Assembly (NCBI RefSeq): GCF_006345805.1
Contig: NC_043004.1
Span: 57,288,001-57,352,000, forward strand
Direction: 5' to 3'
From: Octopus sinensis
Taxonomy: Eukaryota
Length of the DNA stretch: 64,000 nt
Part shown: piece by piece, positions 39,852 to 53,542 of the stretch
How the letters are laid out: the number at the start of each line of letters is the position of its first letter
How positions within the stretch are numbered: position 1 is the stretch's first letter
Translations under genes and position numbers: made by a program
Notes under the pieces: generated by a model
What the model was told of the DNA's origin: nothing
Databases searched by the model: none
What the model saw: the letters and a program-made list of their open reading frames with translations, nothing else

Positions 39852-40138
39852 TTTGTTGTTTGTTCCTTCTCGAGCCATGTCTAGCTCATAGGGCGGGTTT
39901 CCCGGTTTCCGTGGCGTATAGGTTCCCCACCTGGACGGGACGCTGGTCCGTTGCAGGTGAGCTGCAAGATGCAAGAGGAAAGAGTGAGAGAAAGTTGTGG
40001 TGAAAGAGTCAGCAGAAGTTTGACATTACCTTCTGCCGGAGCCGCGTGGAGCTTAGGTGTTTCGCTCATAAACACACACATCACCCGGTCTGAGATTCGA
40101 ATCCGCGATCCCTCGCCCGCGATTCCGCTGCTCTAACC
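39852..40138 (-). mobile_element. SINE family D with V-domain-like tail
   Basis: Homologous to 8651-8942. Confidence 0.85.
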
Positions 40139-40139
40139 T

Positions 40140-40272
40140 ATAATTGAACTGGATATTAGTTCAACATGTAAGTTTGGTGAAGATTGGTTCCCTGGTTTGG
40201 GCAGGAAGATGGTAACAGACAGACGGAGAGTGGACAGACGGACAGGCAGATAAAAATTGCTATTTACATATA
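40140..40272 (+). mobile_element. 3' end of a Helitron/Helentron-like non-autonomous element
   Basis: AAGTTTGGTGAAGATTGG...(GACA/GACG)n...ATTTACATATAAGAT terminus. Confidence 0.5.
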
Positions 40273-41999
40273 AGATAACACACTAAAAACTTATAGCGTA
40301 TGTTGGAACATGTCAAGCAGGAAGTACTGATGGATAAGCCCAGGAGGAAACAACAATCGATATACGTAAATGCCTAAGATATATCCTCGCTCCTGAGTAT
40401 TTCTGTTATTTTCCCTAAGTTGTTTTTAAGTCCATTCGCTCTACAGCACATAATCATTTCAATCATTGACCCTTTGTAAACGTTATCAATCCTACATTCT
40501 TTTTGTTTCTCAAAAAGTAGCCAATATTATCCAAAATCCAGTAAAAATTTTAGCTATTAATTTACAAAGATTTATAATAATTAATAACTTTATTAAATAT
40601 TTGATAATCTGAATGAAATTTTGAGAAACACATAAAATATCTCTTTTAGACAAGACACTACAACTAGCATTTTATTAATAGGTTTTTTCACAAGAATTAA
40701 ACTAAATTTTGAGACCGGCTTGATTTATTCACTCTCTATGAGTGATCAACAAATATTTTATCAACATCATCCGAAAGATAAGTTTACAATTTAGTACGCA
40801 GTGAACATATTGCAAGTGCGGATTACATAAACGATGTTAGTTATTATTATCCTTAGATAAGTTCCGGGGATAAAGGTGACTTGTCACTGTAGACACTTTC
40901 AACCAACAATGTAAGCTGTGTTACACCGCTGTTCTTTATCCCTTGTGAGAATCTGCACATTATCATATCGTATTTGATTAATCTAGAATATTTAAACACT
41001 ATACGTAATCAAAGCCATGCGTCATTGATAACTTAGTTATAGTGTAACCCTTGTAATGGAACTTTTTAACTCAGCTATAGATACGTTTAATTTAATGTAG
41101 AGATTAAAGTGTTACGGTTAAATATCTGCATAACTTTTCTACTGGGACCTAATTTACTAATTGATTGCAACAGATATGATCAAAGATATTCCAACTCTGG
41201 CTACCAACGCTTGCAAGGTCCACGTAAAAATACAATATTCTATGTCTACTTTCCTTATTTAAGACTGTCTGATATAATCACAGGGAAGTGTAGCCGCTCT
41301 GTTGCATGCTCAAGCGACCGAGTAAAGGTACGCTTTTAGTGTTAGATACTGCATGGAATAGTGAAATGCTTTAGATAGTTTCATGATGTATCACTGCTTT
41401 CAAATGTTTTTGTTTAAGGTTTCTACTAAATAAGTACCAAGGAATAACATGAATTGTACTTACAGGAAGAAACCTAATGAATATTGGTTTGGAAACAAAT
41501 TCTTTGAACCAAAATAAACGCAAAATATCTTCAATATTACATTGTAACAGGAAAATAGGCTGTCTTATGACATTCTACAATCGCCAACAAAGTTATGACA
41601 TTTACTACAAACGAATAAAGGACAATAGCATTTTGTATTATTGTTGTTGTTACTATAAGAAAATATATGACACCAGCATATGACAATTTAGACGTATATT
41701 TTCAAGAAAAGATTTTATGACTGAAAATAGTGCATCATTTTTCATCACGATTTCTTGTAGAAATTAGTCACAGGAGAAAAATCTCACCATCTATCAATGT
41801 CTATAGATTGGGCGCTGGTGAACTGGGAATTCTTGCAATAGAGGCAACTCCTTGAAATGCGTTCAATGGCCATGCTCTGTTGTAAACACGATGAATAATT
41901 TAAGATCAACATCTACTGATGCAGATGGAATTCACTTTGGCATAACACTTCGAGGCATACGCATATATCTGTTCCACCACTACATTAGTGAGCAGTTCG

Positions 42000-42180
42000 A
42001 AATTTTATAATTAGTAAGTTTAGTTGCATTTCGTATACGTTTACGTTCTGAGTTCAAATTCGGCCGAGGGTAAATTTTCCACTTCGGTTTCGATAAAATA
42101 GGTGCCTGTGGAGAACTGGAGTGAATATAGCCGACTTAACCTCTCCCCCAAATTTAATGGCCTTGTGAGTATATTTGAAA
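42000..42180 (+). mobile_element. Degenerate SINE family B
   Basis: ACGTTCTGAGTTCAAATTCGGCCGAGG...TCGATAAAATA. Confidence 0.7.
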
Positions 42181-42203
42181 GCATAATAATAATAATAATA
42201 ATA

Positions 42204-42234
<31 letters not shown>

Positions 42235-42254
42235 GTATTAGTATTATTATTACT

Positions 42255-42378
42255 ATTATTCAGTAGTTTTATTTTTATAGCGTGCTTTCACTTCACTACC
42301 GAGCGCAGCTCTGTGTGCCTTAGGTATGTGCTGTGATTTGTAGTGATGCTCTGATGGTTATTGTATGGAAAGTGTTTA
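42255..42378 (-). mobile_element. Short (TAA)n-tailed 3' terminus, probably of an R4/Dong-type LINE
   Basis: Minus CACAGAGCTGCGCTCGGTAGTGAAGTGAAAGCACG..AAAATAAAACTACTGAATAATA between TAA tracts; assignment from recall and context. Confidence 0.5.
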
Positions 42379-42390
42379 TTATTATTATTA

Positions 42391-42422
<32 letters not shown>

Positions 42423-42423
<1 letters not shown>

Positions 42424-42786
42424 GAGTGAGAGAGCAGTGAATGCCATCAAAGTGACACTGGGGTAAAATATACGAAGCCCAATATACCCATCATGACTTC
42501 CCGTCTGATAAGGGTACACTAGGCACATACATCACAACCATATGTGCGCGACGTGGTGATCTCATATCAAGATAAACAGCGCATGACCTTGCAGGTGGGG
42601 CCCAGTTAGAATTTTCTTCATGTTGAGTAGCCCATCCCGCTCAAACGGTCCCTGAATAAGGTTTGTTTAAGTATGTTGAAAGAACCACTCATGTTTCCAG
42701 AGGTGAACTATTCAAACCCCAAAAAATCCCTCTCAACACATGGCTATGATGCTCCCCCACTACTTCTGCTCGTGATCAGAGATGCA

Positions 42787-42788
<2 letters not shown>
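42423..42788 (-). mobile_element. Interspersed repeat family F, second copy
   Basis: Homologous to 16988-17350; (TAA)n on both sides. Confidence 0.82.
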
Positions 42789-42846
<58 letters not shown>

Positions 42847-42874
42847 CATCGTTATTATTATTGTTATTATTTAC

Positions 42875-44640
42875 TGTTCTACACAGCTTCTAAAGCTGGT
42901 CATGTCAGATGTTCACAACTAGTGAACTAAAGTAACATCCCTTATCTATCGAGCATCCCCCGGAGTATTCAAGCGGTTCAAAGCAATGCTGTTTTCTGCA
43001 TTTCTGTTATTCCAGCATTATTCCAGCATTATTCCAGCCCCTATTTGTTCCTTGTACTTCTCAAGGTTTTTACTCACTGTTTCCAGGGCTCCGACAATTA
43101 TTGGTACTCATATCCCCTTTTTTCATCGAGTTGGTCTTTGCATCCATCTGAACCTCGTAGGCATTATTTTTGTTCAGAGGAGAAAATATCCTAATGTTCC
43201 ATAAATGTGTATGCTTTCTCCGCGGGGATGGATGTTAAAATTCTATGCGTGGTAGATAAACATTTTATGGACCGTGAGCTTTGAGAAAATTTGGCTTCAT
43301 TATTCTTTGGGAGAAGGTAAGTAATTCATCTTCCTAACCAATCGTTTGTGTAGGATCTCTCATAATTTCACTGAATAACTGGACTAACTTTTCGTGTGAG
43401 CACGGGAGTGAGGCGAGCCAGAAATTTGGTACCCTATCATTACCAGATAATTTCCACTTAAGATCATTCGTGCGTGTCATCGGTAGGTCTGCTATTGTGA
43501 TGTGTTCCCATGTTTGTTCTGGTAAGGTTTGCTAGGATCCTTCTGTGTGTCTAATCCAGTTCGCATTTTCATTGTAAGTCTTTTCATTAATGCGGATATT
43601 TCCCAAACGTTTTCAACTTCTTCCATAGCAACAAGGTTTTCAACGGTCATTTTCTCCTTCCCTATTTCTCTTTAGAATGTTTTCGCCTTGCATGTGAACA
43701 GCCTATTTTGCTTGTAAAATTTGCTTCTCTTCTTAAATCTTCGTATCCTTTGAGATTTTGCTTGGGCTCTTTGTTGCAGTGTTTCATTTGCTCAGAGCAG
43801 TTCTTCTCTAGGTGAGAATCTATGTTTTCTCTTCATCTTCTTTCCTCTTCAGCTGTTATATTGTTTCCACAAATTAGTTCATTTGATATTGATATTTCAC
43901 CTCTCATTACTTCAATCTCTTTTTCAAATTTACTTTTCCAGTTTGGAATTCTTCACAGGCTTGTATTCTCTTGTTTTTTCAGAGGCATACAACTTGTTTC
44001 AATTGTTTTAGCAGCTGCATAAATAATTTCATTTAATTCAGTAAAATCTGGTTTTATTTCTTGTAAAATGTCCTTTGTTACATAGTTTTCAATTTTAATT
44101 TGTTTTCTGTTTTGGATTGTATTTAAGGGCATATGAAGTGGTTCTCTATCATGCATATCGACATGTCTTACGACTTCAAACTTATTCAAGATTTTCTGCT
44201 TGAGTTCTGTCGTAGACTCTCTATGTTCTTCAGTAAACGTGTAGTCTTCAAATATTGTTTCTTTACAACTTTCCTCCCTATCTTTATCAGGTTCATTACA
44301 ATTTATTTCTCCAAATGTTTGCGCGTTCTGGTCAGATGGAGGTCTTTCAATTGAGATTGGTGGAGAGTTGCCCTCTTCGTCTAGTTCTTCAGTTACTTGT
44401 TATCTTATATTTGCATCATTTTCAGCTGCGTGCTTCATCGCAGTTATTTCAATATCTATATATATATATTGATGTTCACATCGTTGAATTTTTGAATTTC
44501 TGAATATTATTTTTCTTACTTTTTGAATATTTCTTCTTTTTATAAGTTTTAGTTTTTGTCTACAGTTTTGGTAATTGTGAACTTTGTATGTATTGGCATG
44601 AGCTTGCCTCCTTAAATTCTAGCGTGCATTTAATTGTGTT
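42875..44640 (-). mobile_element. Internally deleted R4/Dong LINE
   Basis: Minus: LNEIIYAAAKTIE, PNWKSKFEKEIEVMRGEISI, AQAKSQRIRRFKKRSKFYKQNRLF...EIGKE, then the terminal PIIVGALETVSKNLEKY..QKTALL and 3' UTR into (TAA)n. Confidence 0.87.
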
Positions 44641-44666
44641 GTTTCCATAGTTGAGTAGCCATGGAG

Positions 44667-44885
44667 AAAAGAAAGGTAAAATTTTCACAGAAAATTGTAA
44701 ACATTAAAGTTTCTAAATTTTCTAAAGATGATCATTTGTATGTCCGATCAGACAAGACTGTCGTGATTTTGTAATAAAAAGGATGTTTATCTTTTCGAAT
44801 ACTCAGAAAGAAAGGAAAGGAAATGACAAAGGAGGGTAAAGATGATCGTTTGTATGTCCGAACAAAGAAAACTACAGTGTACTTC
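44667..44885 (+). repeat. Degenerate tandem unit (about 114-136 bp), shared with 60490-60780
   Basis: AAAGATGATC(A/G)TTTGTATGTCCGA at 44724 and 44838; same motif at 60730. Confidence 0.7.
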
Positions 44886-44976
44886 TACTTCTTCTTCTTC
44901 TAATGATTATTATTATTATTATTATTATTGTTATTATTATTATTACTATTAATATTATTATTATTATTATTATTAT

Positions 44977-45011
<35 letters not shown>

Positions 45012-45785
45012 CAATGTTTCCGAAAGATTCCTCACTGTTAACGCGTGAGATATAATCAGCAAAGTATATTATATCTAGCTAAATATAATATAGTTTGAGG
45101 TCAGAGTTGATGGCTCGATGACTAAGCCGTTTCACTATGATTCAGATTTAGTATTTTGTCGGTTACGTGAGCAAAGGTTACGTCGATCGAGGAGATTACA
45201 GCTTTTGATCAATATAACCAGCTTAATTAAGGGTTAAGAATGTGTCGTTTCCAACGACAATAGTTAACAACGTAAGGAGAGGCTGTATTTCAAGCGATCG
45301 ATAGAATCAAAGGTAGATTACAGAAATGTTGATCTTTAGCACCGTTTTGATTATTTCTTCCTCAAACAATAAACCGTTATTCAAGTATGCACACGCATAC
45401 GCACACACACACACACACACCACACACACACACACACGTCCACATACGCACACTCATACACAGGGACATATAAGTTTGAATTGCTAGTGCGCTTTTACAT
45501 AGGAAGACTTTACTGAATAATCGTATATGCATATGCACATTTGCATATACAGACTTATTAACTTTTCGAATTAAACCGTTGATATGGATGTCATACGAGA
45601 AAATTTTATATTGGACATAAACACTTACTGTTTTAATACAGGTACGTGGATTTTACGTAGCACTTCGTTCCAATGCCTTTCTGGGTTACTGATTTTAACC
45701 AACAATAACTCCAGTGAATGAGTTAATTGGAATAAAGTATACTAATATAAATAATACATATTCTTTTTAATATTTTACTCTGCAA

Positions 45786-46410
45786 GGTAGCGAGCTGGAA
45801 AAAACGGTAGCACGCCGGGCGAAATGCTAAGCGATATTTCGTCTGTCTTTATGTTCTGAGTTCAAATTCCGCCGAGGTCGACTTTGCCTTTCAGCCATTC
45901 GGGATCGATAAATTAAGTACCAGTTATGCACTGGGGTCGATGTAATCGACTTAATCCCTTTGTCTGTCCTTGTTTGTCCCTTCTGTGTTTAGCCCTTTGT
46001 GGATAGTAAAGAAATAGGTATTTCATCTGTCAACGTTCTGAGTTCAAATTCCAGCGGGGTTGACTTTGCTTTTTATCCTTTCGCGGTTCATAAATTAAGT
46101 GATACTTGCGTACTGGGATCAATCTAATCGACTGGCCCACTACCCAAAATTTCGGGGCTTTTGCCTAGAGTAGAAAAGAATATTATACTCTGCAATAGGC
46201 GCAAGCTGGCACAATCGTTAGCACACCGAGTAAAATGTTTAGCGACATTTCTTGCGTCTTTATGTTCTGAGTTCAAATTCCTTCAAGGTCATATTTGCCT
46301 TTGACCCTTTCGTGAAAAGATAAAATAAGTATCATTTGAGCACTGGGGTCGATATAACCGACTTATCCCTACCCTATGAACTTGCCAGTCTTGTGCCAAA
46401 ACTTGAAATC
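45786..46410 (+). mobile_element. Three head-to-tail family B SINEs
   Basis: B copies at about 45786-46020, 46020-46178 (headless) and 46198-46410. Confidence 0.85.
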
Positions 46411-46674
46411 AATATTATACACTTTAAATTACTTTTCTATGCAAGATAACGGTAATCTGGACTGGCAGCTGCGGGAATTTGATGTCCTGCTGGTAAATTA
46501 GTGCACACCATAGGAGGTTTCGGATGGATCATTATTAGTGAGAATGTCAATGTTGTGTCTATATATTATGCACAGCTTTAAACACAAGCATTAATAATTT
46601 GACTGAGAGGACGTGTAATTTCTAGACTGAGGGTATTTCAAATGTCTTAATTGACAGGGGTGTAGGGTAATTAA

Positions 46675-47150
46675 GGCGGTCAAGACTGAACTAGGCTGAG
46701 CAAGTAAAAAAGAAAGAAATTAAGAAATATTAACAAAAAAATTATGAAACCGTCAAACCTGTTAATATGGACTAACAGTTCCTTCTTGATACATTGATTG
46801 AAATCCGGCGGCAAGAAGATAAAGCGAAATTCGTACAATTTGATATTGTGCATTTCTACGTATCAGTATCTGCACCGCTCCTACATGATGCACCTACTGT
46901 ATTCAAAAACTTAATTCCAAATATTAGTCAGCGGATCATATGACTTTCTTCCTCTAAAGAAATATTCGAAAAGGCTGTCCCATATTATTAAGGCCCTACA
47001 TGATAGCGGCTTTATTGATAAAATCTTCTAAAATTCTCGCCATCTTTATCGTTTAGTCGAAAGAATAGGTTTCGGAAATCTTTATGGTTTGCCTTTCTTT
47101 TCTCCTATAAAATTAAAACAAATGTAGACAGAAGATTCTTGAACTTGGCT
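46675..47150 (+). mobile_element. Penelope-like RT fragments
   Basis: KTELG.ASK, KAKFVQFDIVHFYVSVS (cf. KFIQFDIVEFYPSIS), SSKEIFEKAVPYY..LHDSGF, RKSLWFA...KIKTNVDRRFLNL (cf. RNIIWFNPP...VKTNIG..FL.L). Confidence 0.78.
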
Positions 47151-47213
47151 GTTCCGTTGATCGGATCAACTGGATCACTCGTCGTAAAATGACTGAAACC
47201 AGTTAAAGAATAT

Positions 47214-47355
<142 letters not shown>

Positions 47356-47359
47356 AAAA

Positions 47360-48228
47360 CCAGAAGATTTGTTTTACAGGACTTAAGATTAAATTTGAAG
47401 CATGATAATAGAGATATACAATTCTGTACAATATAAAGTTTTGTTCTTTCAACATAATTGAAGTTAGGACCGGTTTTGCATTGCCCATCAAACTGAAAAT
47501 TGAAAGAGGTAAATTGGGCAAAACAGAAAACATTGCCCGGCGAGATAATTATTCACTCATTTATTTTGCAATAAAGGGGAGGTAAATCTGTCAATTTAAT
47601 TTTTTAATTTTTTATGTTCTCTTCTTGATTTTGGCTTACGTCTATTATTAGATGGTGTAAGTGCTTTATTTATAATATGAGTTCATATTTAATTCTAGTT
47701 TATATTTTTGGATAAATGAGGCTTCTTTACCATGTATTACCTGTGTTGATGTCTAGAAGGTAAGTTGATAAAATGGGAAAATTACGAATTTTGGTTGTAA
47801 CCGTTCTGCACATTCATCGATGTGTTGACTGAGGTATATTTGACAATATTGTTAGGTGGATATTTGTTATCTGTGGACCATATATCTCTTTCAGATCGAA
47901 TTTCTTGTTGAGCCACTATAGTTTCTATGGCGGCCCGAGCATATTGTTATGTAAATGAGGTTTTGGGAGCGCAAGTGAAGTTAGATTTGATTTGATTTTC
48001 AATATTTGTCTTTGTATAAAATGGAATTCCAATCCTTCCAACCCCTTAGGGCAACCACACTTTACAACTCTTGCATCTGTTGTTCTAGGAAGTAGTTTGG
48101 CATTGGTGAAAATGTTCTTCAATGTCTTAAGCTGTTTACTCTTCTTAATGACTTTATACATACGTAGAATTTTCTTAAGTTTGAAATCCGTATGGAGTGT
48201 ATTGAATGCTTCCCCAGACACAAAGAAG
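47360..48228 (-). mobile_element. Penelope-like 3' end: GIY-YIG region plus terminal repeat
   Basis: Minus: IKKSKQLKTLKNIFTNAKL..VVKCG, SQHIDECAERLQPKFVIFPFY, KEASFIQKYKLELN; downstream degenerate hammerhead TTGATGG-gc-aat-gc-AAAA-ccgg-TC at about 47466-47495. Confidence 0.75.
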
Positions 48229-48425
48229 CATTGTGTCCTTGAGCGATACACTTTATTTCACGTTTTTTTCAGTTAACTCAGCTGGCAAAACTGAGTAGTA
48301 ACTGTATTTCAAAGGGCCAGCCTTTTCACAGAATTGAGGGTACACGCTCAACGTTTATTTGACGCGCAGGCTTTTCTTTTGATCGGATCAACAGAAATCC
48401 TTGTAGTCGTAAGCGACGGAGTGCC
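48229..48425 (+). mobile_element. Truncated, deleted SINE family C
   Basis: GTGTCCTTGAGCGATACACTTTATTTCACG...CTCAGCTGGCAAAA...GACGGAGTGCC. Confidence 0.78.
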
Positions 48426-48646
48426 AGTTATATATATATATATATGTATTTATATATATATATCTTTATATATATATGTATTTATATATATATATCTTTA
48501 TATATATATATGTATCTATATATATGGATGTGTGTATATATGTCTGTACATATATGTATATATCTATCTAAATATATATATGTATATATATAGTGATAAT
48601 TTACAAAACAAAATAAAAGACGAGGGCGTGTGTGTAAACAACAAGC

Positions 48647-48685
<39 letters not shown>

Positions 48686-49244
48686 CATGCACACGCATAC
48701 ACACACACATATTTCTAAACATTATAAGAGAGAAAGAGACGGGGGAAGCAAGGCCCGCTGTATAGAAAGAATGAACAATATGTAATTAAAGAACATAGTG
48801 TTGCTAAATTACTTCATTCTTGAATGAAATAATTGTAAGTGACACTTCTCAATATATATATATATATAAGTACACGTCTGAAACTGTTGTAGTGAAAGGC
48901 AATCCGAGTGTTGTTATATTTTTATCATTCACCTAACACGAAACCAGCAGTTCGCTGGGATGTGGAGTTTATTGAGTGCAGTACAATGGGTACAGTGTTT
49001 GTACTCATGTGCCAACTTAAAGACCCGTTGTATATTCAGACGGTTACCAGTGATTGCACGCACAATCGGAGAATAAATCTGTTTGCTTTAGTAAGAATGT
49101 AATTTTTTACTCAAATATTCGCACACGAAAGCGATATCACCAACCCGACCTTTGTGTTTTTACTATGTAAGTAGCTGATTCGCATAAAATCTGAAATTAT
49201 ACACACACACACAAACACACACACACGCACACACAGATATATAT

Positions 49245-49282
<38 letters not shown>

Positions 49283-49349
49283 ATCCGTGTCAGTGCGTTT
49301 GCGCGCGTAAGTTTATATGTATACATACATATATAACTATATACACATA

Positions 49350-49768
49350 GCGCAGGAGTGGTTGTGTGGTAAGTAGCTTGCTAACCAACCACATGGTTTC
49401 GGGTTCAGTCCCACTGCGTGGCATCTTGGGCAGGTGCCTTCCGCTATAGCCCCGGGCCGACCAATGCCTTGTCAGTGGATTTCGTAGACGGAAACTGAAA
49501 GAAGCCCGTCGTATATATGTATTATATATATATGTGTGTGTGTGTAGGTTTGTGTGTCTGTGTTTGTCCCCCTAGCATTGCTTGACAACCGATGCTGGTG
49601 TGTTTACGTCCCCGTCACTTAGCGGTTCGGTAAAAGAGACTGATAGAATAAGTACTGGACTTAAAAAGAATAAGTCCCGGGGTCGATTTGCTCGACTAAA
49701 GGCGGTGCTCCAGCATGGCCGCAGTCAAATTACTGATACATGTAAAAGAATAAAAGAAATAAAAAGAA
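49350..49768 (+). mobile_element. SINE family A, full length
   Basis: Matches other A copies. Confidence 0.92.
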
Positions 49769-50084
49769 TAATTTCAACGTAGCGTTGTATTCGTAGTTAT
49801 GTATATGTACATCCGTCAACCAATAAGTTGAAGGATTTTCCAATACTTTCTAGGAATGTATCATATTTTAACAGGGCAAGGGTTGTTCGTTGCTTAGAAA
49901 GTTTAGTTTATAAGAATTGTCGTTGCCTCAAAAATTTAGTTTATTAGACTGCACTGGAGGTAAATGTATGGTTCCCCGTACTCTGTGTGAATCATCCGTT
50001 TATAGCATCAATCGACAGCCATAACAATTGCGAAAAAAGCGATCAGCCACTCGTTGCCATCGAATATAACACAGGGAAACATAC

Positions 50085-50229
50085 TTCTTGACAATATCCC
50101 TTTGTTTGGCTCCTTTTGGTATCACTCCAACATCGTTGATATTTTGCAAATCGGACAGGTCATATTTCTTTCAACACCGCGTTATGTCATATTTGATATA
50201 TCCCAGGATATATGCGTACGATTAGAAAT
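50085..50229 (-). other. Exon-shaped non-coding segment
   Basis: Strong acceptor tttctattttctctttgttcacag| and donor AGAA|gtatgt; 145 nt; all three frames contain stops. Confidence 0.3.
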
Positions 50230-51231
50230 CTGTGAACAAAGAGAAAATAGAAAAAGAAGGCTATGAAAATGATTTGTCATTTAATTTATACAATGCATGC
50301 ATGATGTCCCATTGGAGATACGAACACGTCACGTAATGAATTTCTTGTTATATAATGCTTTCATTGTGACATCTCCCCAACTGTGGTGTGTGGATAAGGA
50401 GACATGATAATATTTTTGTATATGTTTTATACCAACCTTTCAAAGTTTTCCAAATACTCTTGTCTGACTCATGTTTTTAAATACATTTAACTTCCAATTC
50501 TCTCTTTCTGCTTTAATCAAACACGATATTCTATATGCAATTGTCTGGGCAGAAATAAAATTGCGTGATCAGCAAGTATATATCGGTGTTCATCATACTC
50601 ATTGAACAGCTGGCTAATTAGTGATTTCAATCACAATTCATAAATGTGAGATGATTACGATACGCTCTTCACGATCTACTCGTACGCTTACATAACATAT
50701 TACCAATATCATTAGATTACAATTTAATTCAGGAGTTGATTAATTAGTTGTTACATTTTGCTGCACATGTGTTAACTAACGTTAGTTCACTTATGTTGCT
50801 GACAATTGTGGAAATAGGTGTGAAACTAGTCTACTTTGTACTTATATAGAAATTTCTATCTGTGTGTAGACATCTTTATGTATATTTCTGCTAATAATTT
50901 TAAATACAAAGTATTTAATGAGTTTAAACACTAATACATCTCGCTACATATATATGAATGTGCGCACGTGTGTGTGTGTATTCTTGCGTATGTGTGTGTG
51001 TGTATCCTTGCATGTGTATGTGTGAATCCTTGTGTGTGTGTGTATGTGTGTTTGTGGAGAGAGCTGGTTACATAGACAGATAGATAGAAATTCTGTGTTT
51101 AAACAGAAAATGAGATAGGACTTAGTATTCAAATAGAAGTATTATTATCTTCATTAACCAAGTACCTACACTAACAGACGGTCCTATATATGTGTTTGTC
51201 CGTGTGTGTGTGTGTGTGTGTGTGGATGTAC

Positions 51232-51283
<52 letters not shown>

Positions 51284-51949
51284 CACATACATGCACACAC
51301 ACATATATAGCGAGAAAACATGGGGCCCAGCGGTGTATCGAAGTATTATGATTGATTTCAGAGCAGGAAAAACGGAGATACCAAATTCAATATATTTATT
51401 TAGCTTCGGTAGGATGTCGACAGAAAAGAAGATAGAGAAGCCAAGTGAGTCAATATCCCATAGAAGATATTGTACCCCACTGTGGACAATGACGGTAAGT
51501 TTTATAGATTCTAGGAGCGGGTTGTATTAAGCTGTATCATGAACACTGCTGTCGAGATCCGTAGACGAATTTTAGTGTCGTATGCTCGATAGACTTGGTT
51601 GGTTAACAGTCACGAGCAAATATTCAGATAAACAAATTATATATAAACAGTCGTTTTCTAAGCATAAATTGACGCTAAAGTTTAGATTGTAAACGACAAT
51701 CACATATGTTGTTTGTCAACGAAATGCTTCCTTAGAAACAACTGCTGGATTTGAGATAGCCAGCACTTTTCCTAGTTCAATTATCTTTCACAGAATACCG
51801 TTTCTGTTATTTTTAAATGTGAACACAGCAAATCTGTGTCATTAAGTAGGTGTTTGAGACTGCCGAATATTCCTGTTTTGTGCTTACACACACATGCATG
51901 TATGTGTGTGTGTGCCTCTGTGTGTGTGTTAGCTTCAAACCCTGGCACG

Positions 51950-52135
51950 AGGCTAGCAATTTTGAAGGATGGTTTAAGTCGATTACATCGGCCTTAGAGC
52001 TCAACTGGAGCTTATTTTATCTGCCTCGAAAGTTCTGAAAGTCAATGTCTATCTCCGCTGTGTTTGAACTCAGAAGAAAAAGTGTGACGTAATGCCACTA
52101 AGCAATTCGCCAGGCGCAGTAAAAATTCTGGCATG
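51950..52135 (-). mobile_element. Degenerate SINE family B
   Basis: GTCGATTACATCG and TTTGAACTCAGAA on the plus strand. Confidence 0.6.
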
Positions 52136-52137
52136 TT

Positions 52138-52196
<59 letters not shown>

Positions 52197-52202
<6 letters not shown>

Positions 52203-52408
52203 AATTAGAGATAAACCACTATTATGCAACTCAAACGGTGATAGACATAAACCAATACATAAATAACAAATAATATATATGTTTATAAAACATATAACTT
52301 ATAACTAGATCTTAAAAAGAATAAAATGAATGATCAATATATAATATAATAATATATTAATATAATAATATTGAGTTGCATAATAGTGATTTTATCTCTA
52401 ATTTATAT
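52197..52408. repeat. Inverted repeat of the ATTAGAGA..CCACTATT family (about 38-bp arms)
   Basis: TAAATTAGAGATAAACCACTATTATGCAACTCAA ... TTGAGTTGCATAATAGTGATTTTATCTCTAATTTA; followed by the same body (TTTCCCTGTAA) as 33345-33420. Confidence 0.85.
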
Positions 52409-52829
52409 TTTATATATTTAAACTGTGAAATTTGATTTAGTACTAAATTGAATATTTCCCTGTAAGTTTTGAGTTATACTCCCAAATATTATTATTATGA
52501 TATATATATGTTAATTAAATAAGTAATTATCATATTGAGTTGATATATGTTTTGTTAAATTGAAATATCTTGAAGGTAAGGATCAATTGAGGTTTTGATT
52601 ATATTGTGATACATATTTTGGAGAATTATAGGAATAGGGAAATCTGTGTTACTTAAAGTTTCAGTCATACTCAGAATGTTAAAATATTTATCGATACATA
52701 CTCTTGAATCGTAGCACCTCTAAAACGTATCATAAGACGTAATCATTTTATAATAATGGAAGTAGCCCTTACAGCAGATTTTGTTCTGAGTAGTACTGGC
52801 AGCTTCTATCCAGCTTCTTAATCAGAAAC

Positions 52830-53420
52830 TACAAAACAGTTTTAGTAAGCTTAATACTTTATCAGATATGAATAAACTCTGTTTATTAATATTTGAAAAA
52901 ATTGAAGTTAAAATATAATAATTAAAAAAATTACAATTGAGTTCTATATAGAGTGCATACATTGGGTGGGGTGTAAAATCGTAAAGAGAAAAAGAAATAT
53001 ATTTAATGAAGCAAAAGTTAAGAAGGAAAAAAAAATAGCAAAAATGTTTGAATGAAAATAAATGTTCGTATTCAGAGTCGCGTCGATTTACGTGATATGA
53101 ACTTATTAGCATATTTACCTTAATTGAATTCATCTGATTTGTCTTTTACATATATTCCTGGTACCAGTGAATTTTTCAGAATTAATCATTTTTCAGCTGT
53201 GCAAAGGTCACATCTTCTACTGTCATTTACATATGGCCCACATCATCAACAATCCGCCAGCAGTTATCGCAATTCACAGCTTGAGACCTGCTGGAAATGT
53301 ACGACATATTAAGTTGGTAGCTAAAACCATAGCTTCTACACAGCTGATGAACGATTTTCATGAAAATATCATTGAAACAAAGAATTCATTTAAATTTCAA
53401 ATCGGAAGCATTCACTAAAA
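52830..53420 (-). mobile_element. Degenerate Penelope-like GIY-YIG C-terminus and 3' repeat
   Basis: Minus: CGPYVNDSRRCDLCTAEK*LIL (cf. PY..GS.RC.LC..EK..IL); weak hammerhead remnant CTGATAA-agt..act-AAAA at about 52835-52866. Confidence 0.6.
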
Positions 53421-53542
53421 GTAAATACGCCGATAAATTTACATTATCAAACTAGACAATGTAACTCTGAATGAGACAGTACAATGTTTTCAGACCTTAG
53501 CACCGATAGCTTAGAAGCAAGACTTTAAATTTAAACAGTATA

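Noticed and set aside
41174-41327. Open plus-strand frame between cag| and |gtacgc (YDQRYSNSG...DRVK)
   Set aside because: Weak splice sites and no recognisable domain.
51413-51444. Possible 32-nt plus-strand micro-exon (DVDRKEDREA) with ag/gtgagt
   Set aside because: Too short to distinguish from chance; not frame-preserving; no partner exons.
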